A stretch of 64,000 bases of DNA, from positions 3,256 to 67,255 of the forward strand of contig NMRA01000293.1 of the NCBI GenBank assembly GCA_002633005.1. Direction: 5' to 3'. Made by a program: the position numbers and the translations under genes. This DNA comes from Phoronis australis (lineage: Eukaryota > Animalia > Phoronida). Positions 62,201 to 64,000 of the stretch are shown here, one piece after another. Within the stretch, counting starts at the first letter, position 1, and each line of letters opens with the position of its first letter. The notes under the pieces were generated by a model that saw nothing but the letters and a program-made list of their open reading frames with translations, did not search any database and had not been told where the DNA came from.

Positions 62201-62630
62201 TCACGAGTAAAGTAGCTATTGCAAAGGTACACTGTACACGGCCAAAGATGGCTGAAGCAGACGACAGATTTTGGATAAAATTGCAAGAGTTAAACAAGAA
62301 ACTTGCCGCGCAAGAGCGTATACAAGAATTACGAAGATTGTGTGCAAGTGAAAGCTGCCCTAGTACTAGCAAATCGGACCTACCGACTAGGTAATATCAG
62401 TGGCGGATCTAGGATATCACAAGGGGGGCCCAACATTTTGCCTGTGAACATTTGTGTAAAGCACGATTGTAGATGGGCATAGCACCGAGTTGGGGGAGGT
62501 CGGGAGAAGGGTTTGCCTCCCTTCCGTCAGGAAAATTTTTCTGTTTTTTCCTCTAAAAGTCAAGCATTTTCCTTGATTCCTGAAGTATCAAAAAAAAAAC
62601 AGAGAACGTGTCAAACTTGAAAAACTGCAT

Positions 62631-62700
62631 TCACCACAGACTCGAACTCACGACCTAGCAAATAGTACACGACTTGGTGCTTTACCACTACACCACCACG
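62631..62700 (-). mobile_element. tRNA-like SINE head
   Basis: Minus strand TGGTGTAGTGG (A box) ... GAGTTCGAGTC (B box); acceptor and anticodon stems do not pair. Confidence 0.5.
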
Positions 62701-63123
62701 ATTTCGCTCATTATTTGATTCGGCTAAGAGACCTACTTGTTTATGGTCCACAGCGTTTGCGCGCTAAACCTACTTCTTTTTGTAATGTTTGTTACACTTT
62801 TTATATTTTGTGCAATCAGTTCGGAACAAATTAGTTGTATTTAAAATAGTCTTCAATTGCCTAAAAGACCAAATCCGTTTTTTTTTTTGTGTTGGCATTA
62901 ATGACGCGATTGCTCTGGAAGTCGTCTTAAGTTAAGGTTTGACAAAGAGAGAATTATGAGTTTCTGAGTGAATTTGCCACACTAAAACTGCACACATTTA
63001 AATCTTGTTTCAACCGTACAATGTTCATTACAGGGGTTAATTAATAAACTCCACATTTCCCTACGCTCTTGCTGTTTTATTTTTTGCGGCAGCCAAGGGG
63101 GGGGGGTGGGTGGGCCGAGTTAA

Positions 63124-63803
63124 AGTCCTTTTCTCACGCGTTGTTAACACTTATTACATGGTTAGAAGATGTTATAAGGATCCAAGAAGTACCTACTCCA
63201 TAACTAATGCACGATCCGTACTCGAAAACAGTTTAAATGAACGCGCCACTCACGATTCGCACCCGAAGAAACACCGCCATTTTGAACTTGCCGCGAACCC
63301 GGAAGTACAATTCATTCAGGAACCCAGGCCGAGAAAACGCCGTCAGTGCGACTGGAGCAGTGCCTGTACTGTTACCAGCCAGCAAACGGGGATAAAATAA
63401 TCGACAGCGCCCCTTAATTTTGATAAAATCAAACTACGGACAATTTTATGGAATTTGCTGAAGAAATGTGGCGAATAAATTTTGACAGAAATTATTTTGC
63501 CAGACTCGGGACCGCAGTGAGCCTATCGGATCCGGTGCGGATCGAGACCAGACACTGGCGAACGGTAAATGCATGCGGTTGCAAGCTGTTTTGTCGAAGT
63601 AAAATGGTCAAATGATAAATGCTGCATATAATCAAGGGTAGTTTCAGACACTTGCATGAAATTACGGGCTGGTTAGTCCTGTGTCACACTGCCGCGGCAG
63701 ACCTTAGTTAGCCTCAGTCACCAGCTACCATGCAGTGAAGACTATTGTCAAAATACAGCTTGTTAGTAGGCCTAATCAGCCTTGTGCCAAGGCTACCCTT
63801 AGC
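63124..63803. mobile_element. Second, partial copy of the Kolobok-type element
   Basis: TTAA|AGTCCTT... closely matches 9948-~10586, then jumps to match ~10757-10773 before unrelated sequence. Confidence 0.85.
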
Positions 63804-64000
63804 AGTGGCGTATCCAGGATTTTGAGTTGGGAGGGGGCAGGGAACAGGAATCACCAGAATTTCGGCAGATGCGTGCGCCCAGCCTAAAACGTAGGGATGC
63901 AGGAGGTCTCGAATTTCTGGGTTTGCGGACCTTTTGACTAAAAAAGGTAAACGGGTTTTGTTCAGGGCCTATGCATTGTTTATTCACACCCCCCCCCCCC
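63804..64000. mobile_element. hAT-like MITE left end inserted in the Kolobok copy
   Basis: CAGTGGCGTATCCAGGA start followed by a G-rich tract; similar starts at 62398 (CAGTGGCGGATCTAGGA) and 60898 (CAGTGCCGGATTA). Confidence 0.5.

Noticed and set aside
62631-62700. Possible tRNA gene
   Set aside because: A and B boxes present but no acceptor or anticodon stem; treated as SINE head

Overview
Eukaryotic (animal, probably invertebrate) genomic DNA: AT-rich, intron-rich and dense in non-autonomous transposons. Four spliced protein-coding genes can be assembled by hand with GT-AG junctions and consistent phases: MTAP (+, 8 coding exons, 299 aa), TOE1 (-, 6 coding exons, 462 aa, convergent with MTAP), a 125-aa His-rich four-helix membrane protein resembling the mostly microbial DUF1761 family (+, 2 coding exons), and an ELOVL1/7-type fatty-acid elongase (+, 7 coding exons, 279 aa). 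Repeats include a Kolobok-type element (2 copies), a TA-flanked Tc1/mariner-pogo-type element (2 inverted copies bracketing the first ELOVL coding exons), Helentron/DINE-1-like elements, several MITEs (one only 77 bp, just upstream of the MTAP start), a Penelope-like remnant and tRNA-derived SINE heads. Three duplications abut N characters and are most likely uncollapsed haplotypes or assembly joins. Family assignments come from recalled motifs, not database searches. No clearly new multi-gene system is evident; the best leads are the DUF1761-like gene and the inverted transposon pair at ELOVL.
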